Origin: Podospora anserina
Taxonomy: Eukaryota
Length of the DNA: 64,000 nt
Assembly (NCBI GenBank): GCA_017654855.1
Contig: CM030332.1
Location: 7,068,001 to 7,132,000, forward strand
Direction: 5' to 3'
Positions 35,058 through 48,300 of this stretch are shown one piece after another. A model generated the notes under the pieces. That model was not told the origin of the DNA. It saw only the letters and a program-made list of their open reading frames with translations, and ran no database searches. The translations under genes were made by a program, and so were the position numbers. Position 1 is the stretch's first letter, and every line of letters begins with the position of its first letter.

Positions 35058-38000
35058 CTTGTTGTTGTGTGTTGGCTGCTCGCGAGCAACCTATTTTTCG
35101 GGGAAACTAGCCCGGTTTTCGGTTCCTCCAAGATCTCTCCTTTCAATTTTCGGTATATAACTGACGGCCGGCGTCCCTTTTCAATTTGTCTCGTCCTTTG
35201 TGATATGTATGTACGTGGTTTTCAAATATTTGCAATGAGCGTACACGGGCGAGATCGACCTGCAAATCCCAGCACCCCCCCAAAAAAAATGTTGATTAAA
35301 ATAACGGTTCGAATCGAAGTTGAATGGTGATGATTTCGTGTCACGGCATCGAGCGATGGAGGTTTTCTCGAGTTCCGGCTCTCGGCGCGAGCAATTGTCG
35401 TCGAAACGTACACGAGGCGGACCCAAAGGAAATGACAGAACACACAAGCAACAAGAAAAAATGAGAGACTGTGAGGGTCTAGCCTCAACCAACAAACGAC
35501 AACGAAAAATTAAGATAGGACACCCTTTCCCCAGCGGAAGATGGGAAACGGAAAGGAGAGAGGTTGCAAAAGGAGAGGGAGATGGTGAGAAGGGACCTTG
35601 GCAGAGTGGAGGAGGTGACCCAAAAGGGAGCGCAACTGAGACGGGCTCAGCCTACCACAATGCCAGATTGTGCTTCAAACTGCCAGCCCTGGCGACAATG
35701 CACCAAGAGAAATGGGCTTGACTGCGACAAGAAACAGCTGATTCTGCTCCACCGCAGCGAGTCAACCGCCTGCTTCAGCCTGTATGAGGGCTTGCGCAGA
35801 CGCTGTCCAGTGTCGTAGGAGATTCTCGGTCCCTAACAGAAGCCGTTTCAGATGGCGTCGGGAGACATGGGCTGACAAGGGACGGACGCGCCAGCACGGG
35901 CCATTAGGCGCTCTGTGGCGCCGAGTGCAACGTCCCCGAGGCACAGGATTGGTTGCCTGACCCCAGGCCCAAGGGGTCTGGGGACGGTCGAGATCGAACC
36001 ATTGCGTCTTTCCGCCCACCCGCCATCAATTTGCGCCACCGTTCCTGAATAAACATGGAGGGGCCGGATTTGAAGATATCTCGAGCCTGGTTGTCTCTCT
36101 TTCATGGTGTTGCTGCGAGATTGGGTTTTCGGCGATAGCTTCCCATGGAATATTGATTGAAGGTAGAGAAGCTGGAGTACAGATTGGCACTTACCCCTCA
36201 GTACCACGCTCAGCGCGACACAGATGCTAACACAACCTCGAGATCCCGTTCTGACGGCGGCTGGACCAAGATGAGCAACGGTATCGCAGCATCGCCTCTG
36301 TTGCACAGATGGGACAAGCCCAACTACATGGTACTATGAGTTGGCGGAAGTTCAGAATCGGGCAGATCGGGTCGGTGTGGTACAAAGATAGGATTCTGAA
36401 GTTCCCAGTGGCTTCTCCATCCGTTCTTTCCGACGAATCTGCTTTCTCTCTCAAGACACCGCTTTTTGGACATAACGGCTGAAGAGTAGACGGTGTAGAT
36501 ACGACGCAGTGTGTGAGAATATCCCAAGATTGTGAGCTGGAAATTATATAAAACAATTCGCGGTCCTGTTTTCGACAAAACATGACCTGATGTATGATCG
36601 ACAACAGAGTTTGTTTCTATAAATATCATGCGGGGGTTTGGTGAGCTGTGATGTCGTTGTAGATCAGCAAAACCCAGGTTCTCGACTGGTGTTCCAGCTG
36701 ACAGGAGACTCACCAGCAGGCACAATGTTCGAGGCCTTCAAACACCGGACGAGATGCTTCGGCCGTTGGAAGCCCGCTTCCGAGGAATTAATTAGTAAGC
36801 TCGGTGCCCCCAAGTGGAGGCCCGCCCGGAGCGTTGAATATGGTCAACCAATCAGATCGCGGCTGGCTTCCAGAAGGAGAAGTTTTGCACTCCGGCCTCC
36901 GGCGCAATCCACCAGCGATTTCACCATCAAAAGCCGAGTGCCCACACTTCACCGTTGGGATTCCACTGCAAGAAGCGGAGTGGAAAACAGTGACAAATAA
37001 GCATCTCTGTAGTCTCAGAGAGCATCGATAAACACCAGGAGTGTCGAACCTGGAGTTTGAGCCGAGAAAATAGAGCAAGGTAGGCCCGCCTCAAAAGCAC
37101 GCTCCAAACTAAAGGCGCCAAACGTTTCCTCGCCCCAGATTTTCACACAGTTTGGAGACGAGGCGGAAAGTCATTCACTTCACTTCATCCCATCTTCTGT
37201 GAGATGAATTCACCCCAGAGCTGAACAATCCCATGGTACTTCGTCGCTATCGATGGTCCCCCCTCTCCTATGTTGGAAACGGAAGCATTACAAGTAATAA
37301 AATCTCTCCCTACTTGTGCATCAACCAGCGGCTCTTTGACCCCCCCCGGCTATGACTACGGCTTACCAGGGCCCCTTTTTCGTGTGCAAATCCTCCACGG
37401 GCGCAATCACACGCCATCGCCTCTCCCCGCTTCCCCTCCCCCTTGTCTGATGCATGGGACCAACCTCACCTCACGGGCAAATCGTTCCAAGATTTCATCG
37501 CGCAACGACTCGAACAGGAGGAAACGGCACGGGTCGCTATAAAAACAAATTCTAAAACCCCACCGCGGGGGCCGCGCAACGCAACAATTCCAGAGCTTGA
37601 GGTCGGGTTTGTTGAACGCCAAGATATGACATATCTTGTTTGAACAGTGCTTCAATGTTCATGATGGCTTGTCGTCGATGTCAAGTGTGTTCGAGCCGCT
37701 TGACCTGTCAGATTTTTTTCTATTCGTCATCTGCAGACCGGCTTTCTGGTTGGCTGGGAAGTAAAACATATTGCCCGCCATCGGTACATCTCACATCTCC
37801 CGGGCGAGCTCAACCTAGCCTTCACATCGATCGTCGGTGGGGGAGGAGCAGTGCGCCATCTGTCATCAGCCCATCACTCTCCATCCAATATCAATCCAAG
37901 GGACTGGAGAGTCCAGCGGTAGACGTACAGATTTCCAATCTCATCTCTTCCTCGTACTGACAACCCAGAGCTGCAGGTAGATAGATATATTGCAGAAACG

Positions 38001-40041
38001 AAATAAAATAATACCCCGCTGCGGTTACACGCTGAGCTGATTGTCGGCTGCGATCACCAGCGTCACTGGTTGCATTCCAAGGAAAAGTTCCAGGGGGTCG
38101 ATGGAGGCAACTCGAGAGGCTTCGGAATTCGATAGTTTGTAGCTGCTCCTCCACACACCTTGCATCGTTCTGATGAGGATGGGAAGTGTAAGATGGTTGG
38201 CGGTGCTCGTCATTGGACACGGCGTCCTAAAGAGTGGTTCCGACCCGCGAAAAATCCCTGTTCTGTCTGCACCGGAGGACTCGCGGCGAGAGGGGGTAGG
38301 GAGGGACGCGTGAAGCGTGAGGAAACCAGAGGAAAGCCGCTCTGTGCTGGCTGACGGGCGACGCGGACTGGTACTGCGGAGTTGCGGCGTCAAAGAAGAC
38401 CATTGACGACCCCACACCCACGGGCATCCTCGGCGAACCGCCTCCCGTGCTGGCTCACACAGCCCATTGAAATTTACCATGTCAGATGCAAGTGCCCTGC
38501 CGGAAGTGTTACGCGCAAGAAATAATAGGGCACCTTCGCTTGCCGTTGAATCACAAACAGTGATCCATCGTGTCTCCAGGTCTGTGGGTATCGGATATTC
38601 CCCCGTGGAGAGAAAGGCCGCAACACCGTCTTTCATTCTCCGTCTCTTCTCCAGAGATCAGCCCTGATAACATGGCCGAGAGAATGACAGATGACAGCGG
38701 CCTGGGCCTGGACCTGGGCCTGGGGGTTTTAGATGGAAGTCAACCTGGAAGCCGTCGAGGCCTTCAGTCCCCCACACACGCTTGTCAGACTGCATTGACC
38801 ATTGCCCCAGCGAACAGGCCCGGTGGCACAGAGCACTCGGTGGCCTGTCTCTTCGCCAACGTTATTTGTCCCTACCTGGGTCTCGATGGGGATCGCTTGA
38901 TTACCACAGTGCATCTCTCCGCAAGCGAACTGTGGCTACCTGGCCGCTCAGTCTCCATTCCAAACGGTGCACTGTGCTGACGGAACCCTGACAGGGCAGT
39001 TGTGGAGCTGACAGGCCTGTCACCAACCAATCACTAGTCACCTGATGCCAGCTGGAGCTCTCCCTGAGCCGTGCCCTTCCGCGAACGGAAATCAGCTTTC
39101 TGGTACAGCAGTTGCATTCAAGTTCAGACTCAGCTCCAACCAGGACTGCCACGGTACCTATAAGAGACCAAGAGAGCTTCATAGGCATGGAGATAAACTC
39201 GTGACAAGATAGGTAACTCACCACAGGTCAGAAGCGGCAGTGTCAGAGATGCAGCCACGGTGTTCTTGCAGCCTGCTCTCCTGCCGTCAAGTGTGAAGTT
39301 CAAACTTGCTGCTGCAGCCTCCTGCAGGTGGGTGTTGCCCCCATGGATGCCGCTACCCAGCTAGCGCCCCTTCCCTGACCCTTTCCTCCCTTTGGCAAGG
39401 CCTCGGGACAGCCCCCTTCCCTCTCGCGTTCCCACCTCACACGGTGCACTCGAGGACCGCCACCCCCCGCCTTCGTTTTTTTTAACTGTCTGGTCCGTTC
39501 ATATGGCCCGCAGGCTGCGTGCCACCAACTCGCTATCCTCTTTTCAATCATTCCGCTGTCACCAAACCCGTTCAGTCCAGGTGCGCCTACTTACATTTGA
39601 TGCTTGTTTCTGGACAGGGAACCAGCAGTCCAAAAACGTATTTGACGCGGTCAATTCAGTCAAATCTGCATCGCGGCTTCTTTTGATTGATCCGTTTTTG
39701 TGTTCTCTTTTTACTCCCAGCCTGCCAGTTCCCAATCGCTCTTCAAATAACCGATCCGATTCTCTGTGTCGAGTTGCTCCGTCCGGTGCATGCCACACAC
39801 GCGAACTGCCTGCCTGGGTCAGCCTGCCAGACAAAGCAACAAATAAAAATTAAACGTGATTCCTCGCTTCCTTCCGCCGGACCAGCCTCGACTACAGTGC
39901 AGCACCCAACCAGGTTTCTGCGACAAAAAGGCGACCTCTCCGCTCAAACGCCAGATCAAGTCTAGGCCATCGGCATACCGCTCAAAACAGCATCTCCACC
40001 ATTTTGCCTTTTTTGTATCTCGTGATACCTGAACGGTAAAA

Positions 40042-40901
40042 ATGGCCGACATCACTGACCAGCACGACCAAACCACCCCAACCGAGCTCGACGACGCGCA
40101 CTCGGTCGGCAATGGAAACTCGGTCGCCGGAGAGTCTCGTGGCATCAAGCGCGCCCGACCTAGCACTGCCGACGACGACGATGACGACGACGAGAAGGGC
40201 GGCCGTGAGCGTCGCAAGATTGAGATCAAGTTCATCAGCGACAAGTCGCGCCGCCATATCACATTTTCCAAGCGCAAGGCTGGTATCATGAAGAAGGTAC
40301 GTTCGTTCGCATGTTTGGACAGAGCAGCGCGCTCCTTGCAAAAACGCGTCTTTTCTCCACGATCGGTCAATCGCTAATCCGAACTGCTGTGTATATCAGG
40401 CCTACGAGTTGTCAGTCTTGACAGGCACCCAGGTGCTCCTCCTCGTCGTGTCCGAAACTGGCCTCGTCTATACATTCACGACGCCGAAGCTCCAGCCTCT
40501 GGTTACCAAGTCCGAGGGCAAGAATCTGATCCAGGTAAGACATGAGCTCGGGAGCCGGGCAGGATGCACGCGTCGCGTGAACTGTCGCATCATGGCCATG
40601 GATCTTTGCTGACATGCTGTTGTAGGCCTGCTTGAACGCGCCAGAGCCTTCTAGCAGCGCTGAGAATGGTGTCGACGACGCTAATGCCGTCGACTCCCCC
40701 GAGGAGCCGCCCAGCAGCCATCTTCCTCCTCAGCAGGGACGACCTGGAATGCCGCAGCCTCACGCCATGCCTCCCAACTACATGCCCGTTGGCGGGATGG
40801 ACCCCAGCGCGATGGCTTATCAGAACTACGTGAGCCAACAGCGCGGCGGCCAATACATGCCGCAATCCGGTCTGCAACAGCACGCTGGTCACCAGTCGTA
40901 A
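40042..40901 (+). CDS. mcm1: SRF-type MADS-box transcription factor Mcm1; exons 40042-40296, 40400-40534, 40626-40901
   Basis: RRKIEIKFISDKSRRHITFSKRKAGIMKK|AYELSVLTGTQVLLLVVSETGLVYTFTTPKLQPLVTKSEGKNLIQ|ACLNAP, then a Q/P/M-rich tail; canonical introns. Confidence 0.97.
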
Positions 40902-43900
40902 CCGTCCCGGCCGAGTTTTGTCATGACTTTACCTTACGTATCTCAATACCCAGCAATTAATGCACCTGTGTAAACGTCCAGTTTCACATTCGACATCATC
41001 ACGATGAGGCCACACATTTGACGAGGCTTATCTGGTTCGGCGTTTGATTGGGGCATGTCCATTACCTACTTCCGTATTTTATACCTCTTGCTTTTCGGCG
41101 GTGTTTTGCCGGGATTTCGTTTCTGCTGACACCACCTCCCCCTGGTTGTTTTTGTTGGACATCTGGTGCGCTCAACCCGTCCAGATATCGGTGCGGTCAG
41201 CTCTTGGTTTTTGAACACATTTGGGTTCTGGTTTCGCCTGACAGACCCAGACCCTTTGTGCTGTGTGCGTGGCGCTTTAAAGGTGGTGGGTTCGAGAGAA
41301 AAGCGTGGCGGACAAGGGATTATAGACCGAGAATGTCTTTGGCACTCGGGATCCTGGGAGGTTGGGTCTGCGCATGGCGGCGTCGGCTTGGTTTTCTAAT
41401 TTTTTTTTTCAAGGCAACTTGCCTTGTCAAGTTCTGCCTGGTGGTTTGCCGTCGTTCTTGAGACTCTTTCTGGTTCTTTTTTGGCGAAGGGTTGGGTGGA
41501 CAAGCAACGTACTTGGGGCACGACATATGAGCAGAAAAGGCTTATGATTGGGAACGGTTCGGCCAGCATAAGAACAGCGATTTCACACCTCAGGTGCCAA
41601 ATCGTCTTTTCATTTTCCAGACCTCTGTTTAGCGATTTTGACTGATCACTTGGCTTGGACCTTTTTGTTGCGGGTCGCTTGCTCTTTATGATGCTATTTC
41701 TCCCCAAAATAGAGATGGGGACAGCTTGGTGGATGAGGGAGAGGCGGTTGTTTCTCATGTAATTTCTGCTGCGCTGGGAGGAAGAGGGAGGGCCTGGGAG
41801 GGAAGGGGAGGGGGGAGGGGGACACCTCTGGGGACGGCGTCGGAAGAAAGTGAGTACCTATACCTGTATGATATAGCACAAAGTTTTAACTCTGAAATAT
41901 ATCGAGTTCACAATGCTGCTGGCATCGTTGCTACGTGTGTCTTGAGACCGTTCCCGGATTAACATGAGGATAAGGTTAATGAGATGATGTTGGCCCAACT
42001 GGGAAGGAGAGTACAGCTGGCTTACATGGAACCTGGCTAATCCCTTTTTGACCTTTTTTTTTTTTAACAATGATGCGATCCTAACCGGACCGGGCGTTCA
42101 ATTAATCGATCACCTACTCACGGACACGGACTTGCTGCCCGGTTTTATTCTTGGGCTCAATGCCTGCCGGTCGGGTGCCTGCGTCGAGTCGGTCGGCAAG
42201 TCCCGTTCAGGTTTTATAGGTGCATGTAATGTATCCACAGAGCCGCCTGGGTGTGGCGATGACGCGCTGCCCTCGGGGGAAGAATGAAAGAGAGCTGTTT
42301 GGGGGTGGGGGACTGGGATGGCCCTTGTATTGTGAGGTGGTTGACCGATGAAGGACTTGCCCTTTTTTTTTCTTCTTTTTCTTTTTTGGTTGTGTGGTGG
42401 TCTGTTGCTCGGGTTGTGAGGCGAGGCGGGGATGGGTGCCGTTTTCGTCGATGACCTCCATACCAGGACACTGTCGATCAAGCGCATGCTAGAAGCTCAA
42501 CTCTTCTCTTCAGAATTCCAGGACACTAAAAACTGCAAGTTCAAATCCCAGAGCAATCTCATCTATCCGTTATGTCGGTAGTTATCCCTGAAGATAATAG
42601 CAGACCACGGTGGTTTCTAGATGCTCAGGAAACGCATCAGGTTTCTTTTAAGCCCAACATATCCGACCAACCTCAACTCCCGACTACCTGGTGGGGTACA
42701 TAGGTAGTTGACTGGCTTTTGGGGGCAGTTTACACCAAAACTTTTACCCCTGTGATCGTCGTTGAGGATTGGTGAGATGTCGGAAGGCAGCGCGAAAGGA
42801 GTAGTGGTCCACAGCCATCGCCGAAAGCAGAAGGTTGACTTACACGCACTTACACGCACCCTCACACCTGACCCGATTGGGACAAGCCATTCCCAAAGAC
42901 ACTTTTAAGGTTTTCTTCTTCGTCCCAGCAAACAATGGTTTTTTTCATTAAAAAAATTGAGTTTAGGGAAAGCAGTTTGCGCTTTACTTGGGAGGGAATA
43001 GTTCAGGAACGCTCCGCTTGGCTTCATGGTGCTAAGGTAGTGGCGGGGTTGGCAAGAATGACACTTGTCGGGAGGTGATGGAGGAGGAGGGTACCACTTC
43101 CCGCTTCCGAGGACCGGGACACTGTCGATTGGAGATCTATTTTTGCACATGTTGGATGGTGATATTTTACCAGGGTATCAACCCTATCTCGGCATCCCAC
43201 AAAGGGGGCTTTGGCTGAATGCTTGCCAAAGTTGTGTGAGAGATAGACGTCGGCATGTTACTGCCGAAGCAACTATAAGGGCAACAACCACGAATACAGT
43301 GAGGGCGACCACAAGCTGCAAGCCAAAATATGGCTTTTTCGCGTCCTATTTCTCACATCAGCACACCACACCAAGGAGTCCCTCGAGAAAGTAAGTAGCA
43401 ATCGCCCTAGGGCACAGATCAACAAAGCTGCCGGCACTCAACAAACCACCGTAACTTTCCACACAACATCATCTCAACCAACTTAACAGAGCACCATTAT
43501 ATAGGCTGTGTGATGCTTGAAAAGTATATTTTGTCCAATATGTCAGTTGTACAATGCTCGCCCACAGAGGACCTGCTTTCTTTTTCTTAATGACCGAGCA
43601 CTTTGGGCGTTGTCCCAGATCATCCTCGCTCAACCCACAAGAACTAAACAGTTATTCATCGTTTATCCGATCTCCACTTCACTGTAGATATCCATCTCTT
43701 AGCATCCCATCTCCCCTGTTTAGGGTGTTCTCCTTACTCTGAGGTACGCAGGCATACCTCGTTGTGAATCCTGACGGGCAGTTCTCTTTTATTTCTTCAC
43801 GGCTGTCAGCAAAACTCGTTGTTCTTGAAAACCTCCAGGAGCAGCTCAGACGGCACTTTTTCTGTTTGAATCAGATGACAATGGAAAAGTTGGGCTGGAA

Positions 43901-44661
43901 GCCCTTTTCAAGCCACTCTTGTTTTGTCGACTTTGCGACCCTTGACTTTGGGACTCGGGCTTGCAACTCTCCTTGCAACATTTCTTGCGATCTGCGACTT
44001 GTGGGACTGCATCGTCAATTCTTAATTTCCACACTATATACCATCACCGACATCTTTTTTGATAAATAAATTAAAAAAGAAAAAAAAACCACCTGAATAG
44101 TATTTATAATATTCCTCTCTTTCTTGCCCGCACTATTAGATGATCATGGGTTTAACGTTGGAACCGAGTGACAATGTAGTCTAGTCCAAATCATCTCACG
44201 ATTCTACTCTGTTATCAGGCTGCTAAGTTATCATGCTCAAGCCATCAACAACATCATGATGCAGTCGCAACAGGTACAAAGGTACCTGTCGCAAGCTCGA
44301 TAAAAACAGCGGCGTCCTTGGCATTACGTCCAAAACTGTGGGAAACCTGCCGTCAGCAAGCACAACCTGTCAGCGCGCGTTGCGCAGGTTTGAGCAAGAT
44401 TCCGGAGCGAATGCGGAGACCTCACCAGGGGGTACAACATCCATCACAGAAAGTGTCGTGACAATGGCATTGTTATTGATTCTGGTGCTTGTCCATGGCA
44501 CTTTTCCATGCTTCAGATGTGGAATGCTGTTTCATCTGCGCCAGGATCCATTCCCTTGCCATGCCATTTATCTGATGTTCTCATCCGAGTTAAAATAGAA
44601 GAATATATACCCAAAAACCAATTCCAACACGCTCATAAACTCCATACCCAAATGCCCCATG

Positions 44662-45341
44662 TTAGTGTTCCGTAGAAGAAATAAATCTGCCCACGAGTAG
44701 ACTACCCAAGAATGTGCCTCCCAACACGGACAAGAAATACCCCACGTTCATCGACATCACAGCCAACATCCTATATCGATTTGTTAGCATCGCCCTCCGT
44801 GACATCTAGTCATAGTGATAACTCACAGTAAATAACCCACGCCCGCCACGACGGTATCAATCGCTGCCCTCACCGGATCAACACTCAACCTCCACGGCCT
44901 CGCATGGCTCCCTGTCCTCCTCTGCACAACAACCACGTTCTCCTCCACCCCGTTCTCGCTCAGCACCGCCGCCTTGCCTAGCGAATCCCTGCTGAGATTC
45001 TCTGCCAGTGGCGCTTTTCCATTGACCACGACATACCGCCTGTTCATCTCCTTATCCAACCACCTCAGCTCCTGCCATGACTTGAACGCTAGCAGCCCCC
45101 TGAAGATGACGGCAAGGATAATGAGAAAGATGCATGTGCCTGCGTAGGCGCCGGCGTTGGTCGGTGTCCATTTCGTCGAGAACAGGGAGGTGGACATGGA
45201 GTTTTGGAAGATGGCCATCATGGACATGTGCGTGTCCATGCCCATCGAGCCATCTGGGCTTGTCGATGCGGCGGCGGTGTTGGTGGTGGTGTGGCCCGAG
45301 TGGGATTCGGCGCCGTGGCGGGCGTAGAGTAATGGGTCCAT
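44662..45341 (-). CDS. Ctr-family copper transporter; exons 45341-44827, 44770-44662
   Basis: His/Met-rich N-terminus (HGAESHSGH..MGMDTHMSMM), TM1, MLAVM (MxxxM) in TM2 and GTFLG (GxxxG) in TM3 after splicing intron GTGAGT..CTAAC..TAG. Confidence 0.92.
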
Positions 45342-48300
45342 TGTGTTGATGTTGGATGGGCGAGAGACTCTGAGGATCTCAATTGGAGTTTAAGTGGTGG
45401 TGAATCTCAGGGGGTGTTGTTGCTTGTCACGTTGCTGACTCAATTGCGTGATGTGGCTGACCCGAGGTTGCAAAGATGATGAAGAAGAGATCCGCGATTC
45501 TTGTGATACCAGATCGGAGAGCGCTGCCCTGAAGTATTTGTTGTATCCGTTTAGCCGTTCGCGTGGGGTATAGTGCTTGGTGAATTCTTTCTCTTGAATT
45601 GAATGGTAAGGACGGGACGGCTCGCGGAGAAAGCGGTGAGTGATATATTTATCGCCTTTGCAATACGTAGTGAGAAGAACACCATGAGCAAGTTGTTGTC
45701 TTGTCAGAGGATGAAACGTGTATGGGAGAGAAGATCACGCATGGAGCGGCGAGGGAGGTTTATGTTCCGCCATGCCAATGCCATGGTGATCTGGGTGTCT
45801 GGATTTGGAAGAAACATGCTCAAATGTGGGGGTTGATGCAGTGACAGGGGTCAGTTGAAATGTGGGGGCGGGAGCGCAGATGGTTGACCAGGGGGCCATG
45901 TCCACGACACCAACGGCAAGTAAACTTTGATATTCAACCTTTAGAAGAAACAAGTCAAATATTATCTCACCATTCATGAATGAAACGAGATTCTTCCCGT
46001 ATTCATAACTGCCCTCGAAATCATGCTTGTCATCAACGTTGGGGAATAGTAGACAAAATTCAAGATACACGAGACCTTGGTCCCGGAAAAGGCCAGTAGC
46101 TCTACCGAATAGATATCCACCTTTATCAGAGCGCCATTGTGAGCATCTGCTGGAAGAGAGAATGCTGTGCCATTTCAGTTCGATATGGGATGAACAAGTA
46201 CTCGGCAACAAATTAAACCAAAGGTAAATGTGGAGGTACCAGGTATCTCATCAAAATCGGTTACCTGGGTATGTAAGGTCCTAACTGGGTCATTAGGCTC
46301 ACCCCGGACGTTATCTCTGTTAATCACCGCAGTCATGGGATTCGAGAAGATGATCTGATTGAACGAGGTGATGTATCAATCCAGATCTGGCAAGTGGTAG
46401 GCTGCTGAGGTAAAGTGCTCCTGCCGGCTGTGCTTGCCTTGGGACGTAACGTTACGACCGGACAAGACTCCGCTCCCTTGCTTGCATATTCCAGACATCG
46501 TCGCAGCTTCCTTCCACCTCTGGTCAAATCTGTGAGTTGACACAATGCTTTGAGTCATTCCACTCGGTACTTGATCGAGTCATTGCAGCACTGGTGAATA
46601 TTGGGAAGGTGCAAGCGAGTCCCCGAGGAGAGAGGCAACAGGTCCCGTTTGGTCAGGCCGAGAACATGATCACTCAAGACATCCCCCAACAAACCACACC
46701 CCCTTTGGCCCTGGGCTGCAGCAATGGGTCTCTCCAGGACCGACCGACAGCGACCATCCGTTTACCCGACAAACCCGGAAATCTGAACGCCCATCGCCGG
46801 CGCGCGGCCGGAGACATATTACGTTGGACAAGCCGACAGCTGCAGTTGCATCGAGCCTGTCCCGGAGACATGGTCCCGGTCGAGTCTATTTTGACGACAT
46901 CCCACCCTGCATCACACGGTTAGCCCAAGATCATAATCTGCAGCACCATCACATCGATGTTCTTTGCCGTTTTCGATACTTTCTTTTGTCATCAGAAATC
47001 CCACCTGGTGCTACCGCATTCAACGCAGCCCTGGAGGCCAAGCCGGACCTGGATAGTACTATCAAGTATGAATGCGAGTTCGAATGCCAGATGAACACCG
47101 TCTGGCTCATCTTTCTCCGAAATTGTGTCAGACAACTCACGTACGACGGTCTCATGGCCAGGTCCAATTTCTCCGTAGGGTCAAGACCCTTTGGAAGGCG
47201 CTCCTCATCCTCATGCCTGATGAGCTGCACTTAAAATCCCGAGACAGACCAATATAGAGGAGACGGTCCCCTGCCACAGATGCGCCCTCTCTACTGTGTT
47301 TCTTCAAGGCCTGGTATCCAGCAATTGTAGCCTCGGGGAGGAGAAAATGCTGGTGATACATGATCGATGGAGCCAATATTGAAAAACTCGATGTAAGCCC
47401 CAGGACCCTGAGCACACACACGGGTGATAGGGTTCTCTTTACTTACAGATACAGATTTATCTTGATCGAGATGACGCCTCTGCCGTGCAAAGAGAGATAT
47501 CAGTTTGAGTGTCTCAGCCTCACCTTTCATCTCAATCTGGCTAGGCTAAGCTCCCCCTTCAGCCTCCTGTCGATCTGGCGTTTTGCCCGCAGCCACACCT
47601 CCAAGCACCCGGCATTGGAGAAGAGGAGGCAGACAGGGATCTCTTGGCTTGAGTCAATGGTGGCTTACTCGATCTTTTTTCTAAACCCTAGGCTACGGGA
47701 CTACCTAAAGATTCAAGGTGCAATTTGATTATGGACCTCCAGTCCCCGATATCATACCTTTGGGCGCGTAACAATACTCGAGCCTTGGCATTGCCACCGA
47801 AAAGCACAACCTTTACATCTCCCCCTTCTCCCGGACGAGACCGGTATCCTGCTGTGTTCATGAGGTAACCACACCCTGCAATGTTGGACCCCGAATCGGT
47901 GGGTAGGCTTGGGGGATGGGCGGTCAGGGCTGCATCCGTTCCTCTCCTCTCACTCACAACCCGGTTCACAGGCGAGAAGGGTGGCTGAGGTAGGGAAGGC
48001 ACGCGGCGGGCAGCGTGAATACCAAATAGTCTGTCGTACCGTGTTGTCAGACGGCAAAGAGCATGAGGAAATTCATGATTGGTACACGGCACTTGTCACC
48101 CGACGACTTCGGCCTCCAAAACGCTGGGAAGGAGTCATGGATCGGCCGTGAAGCTGGGAAGTAATAACAGTTATGTCCTTACCTTGTCCAGCCTTTGCGC
48201 TCATCCGACCATGTTATTTTATTGCACACCAGAACGGATACCATTCATTGCCGAGATCAGCTGACGATGTCTTGACTACTCTAGCCTGTTATTTCCTGAT

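Noticed and set aside
42490-42556. AGCTCAA..GTTCAAATCCC, resembling tRNA A/B boxes
   Set aside because: T-stem and acceptor stem do not pair; no cloverleaf
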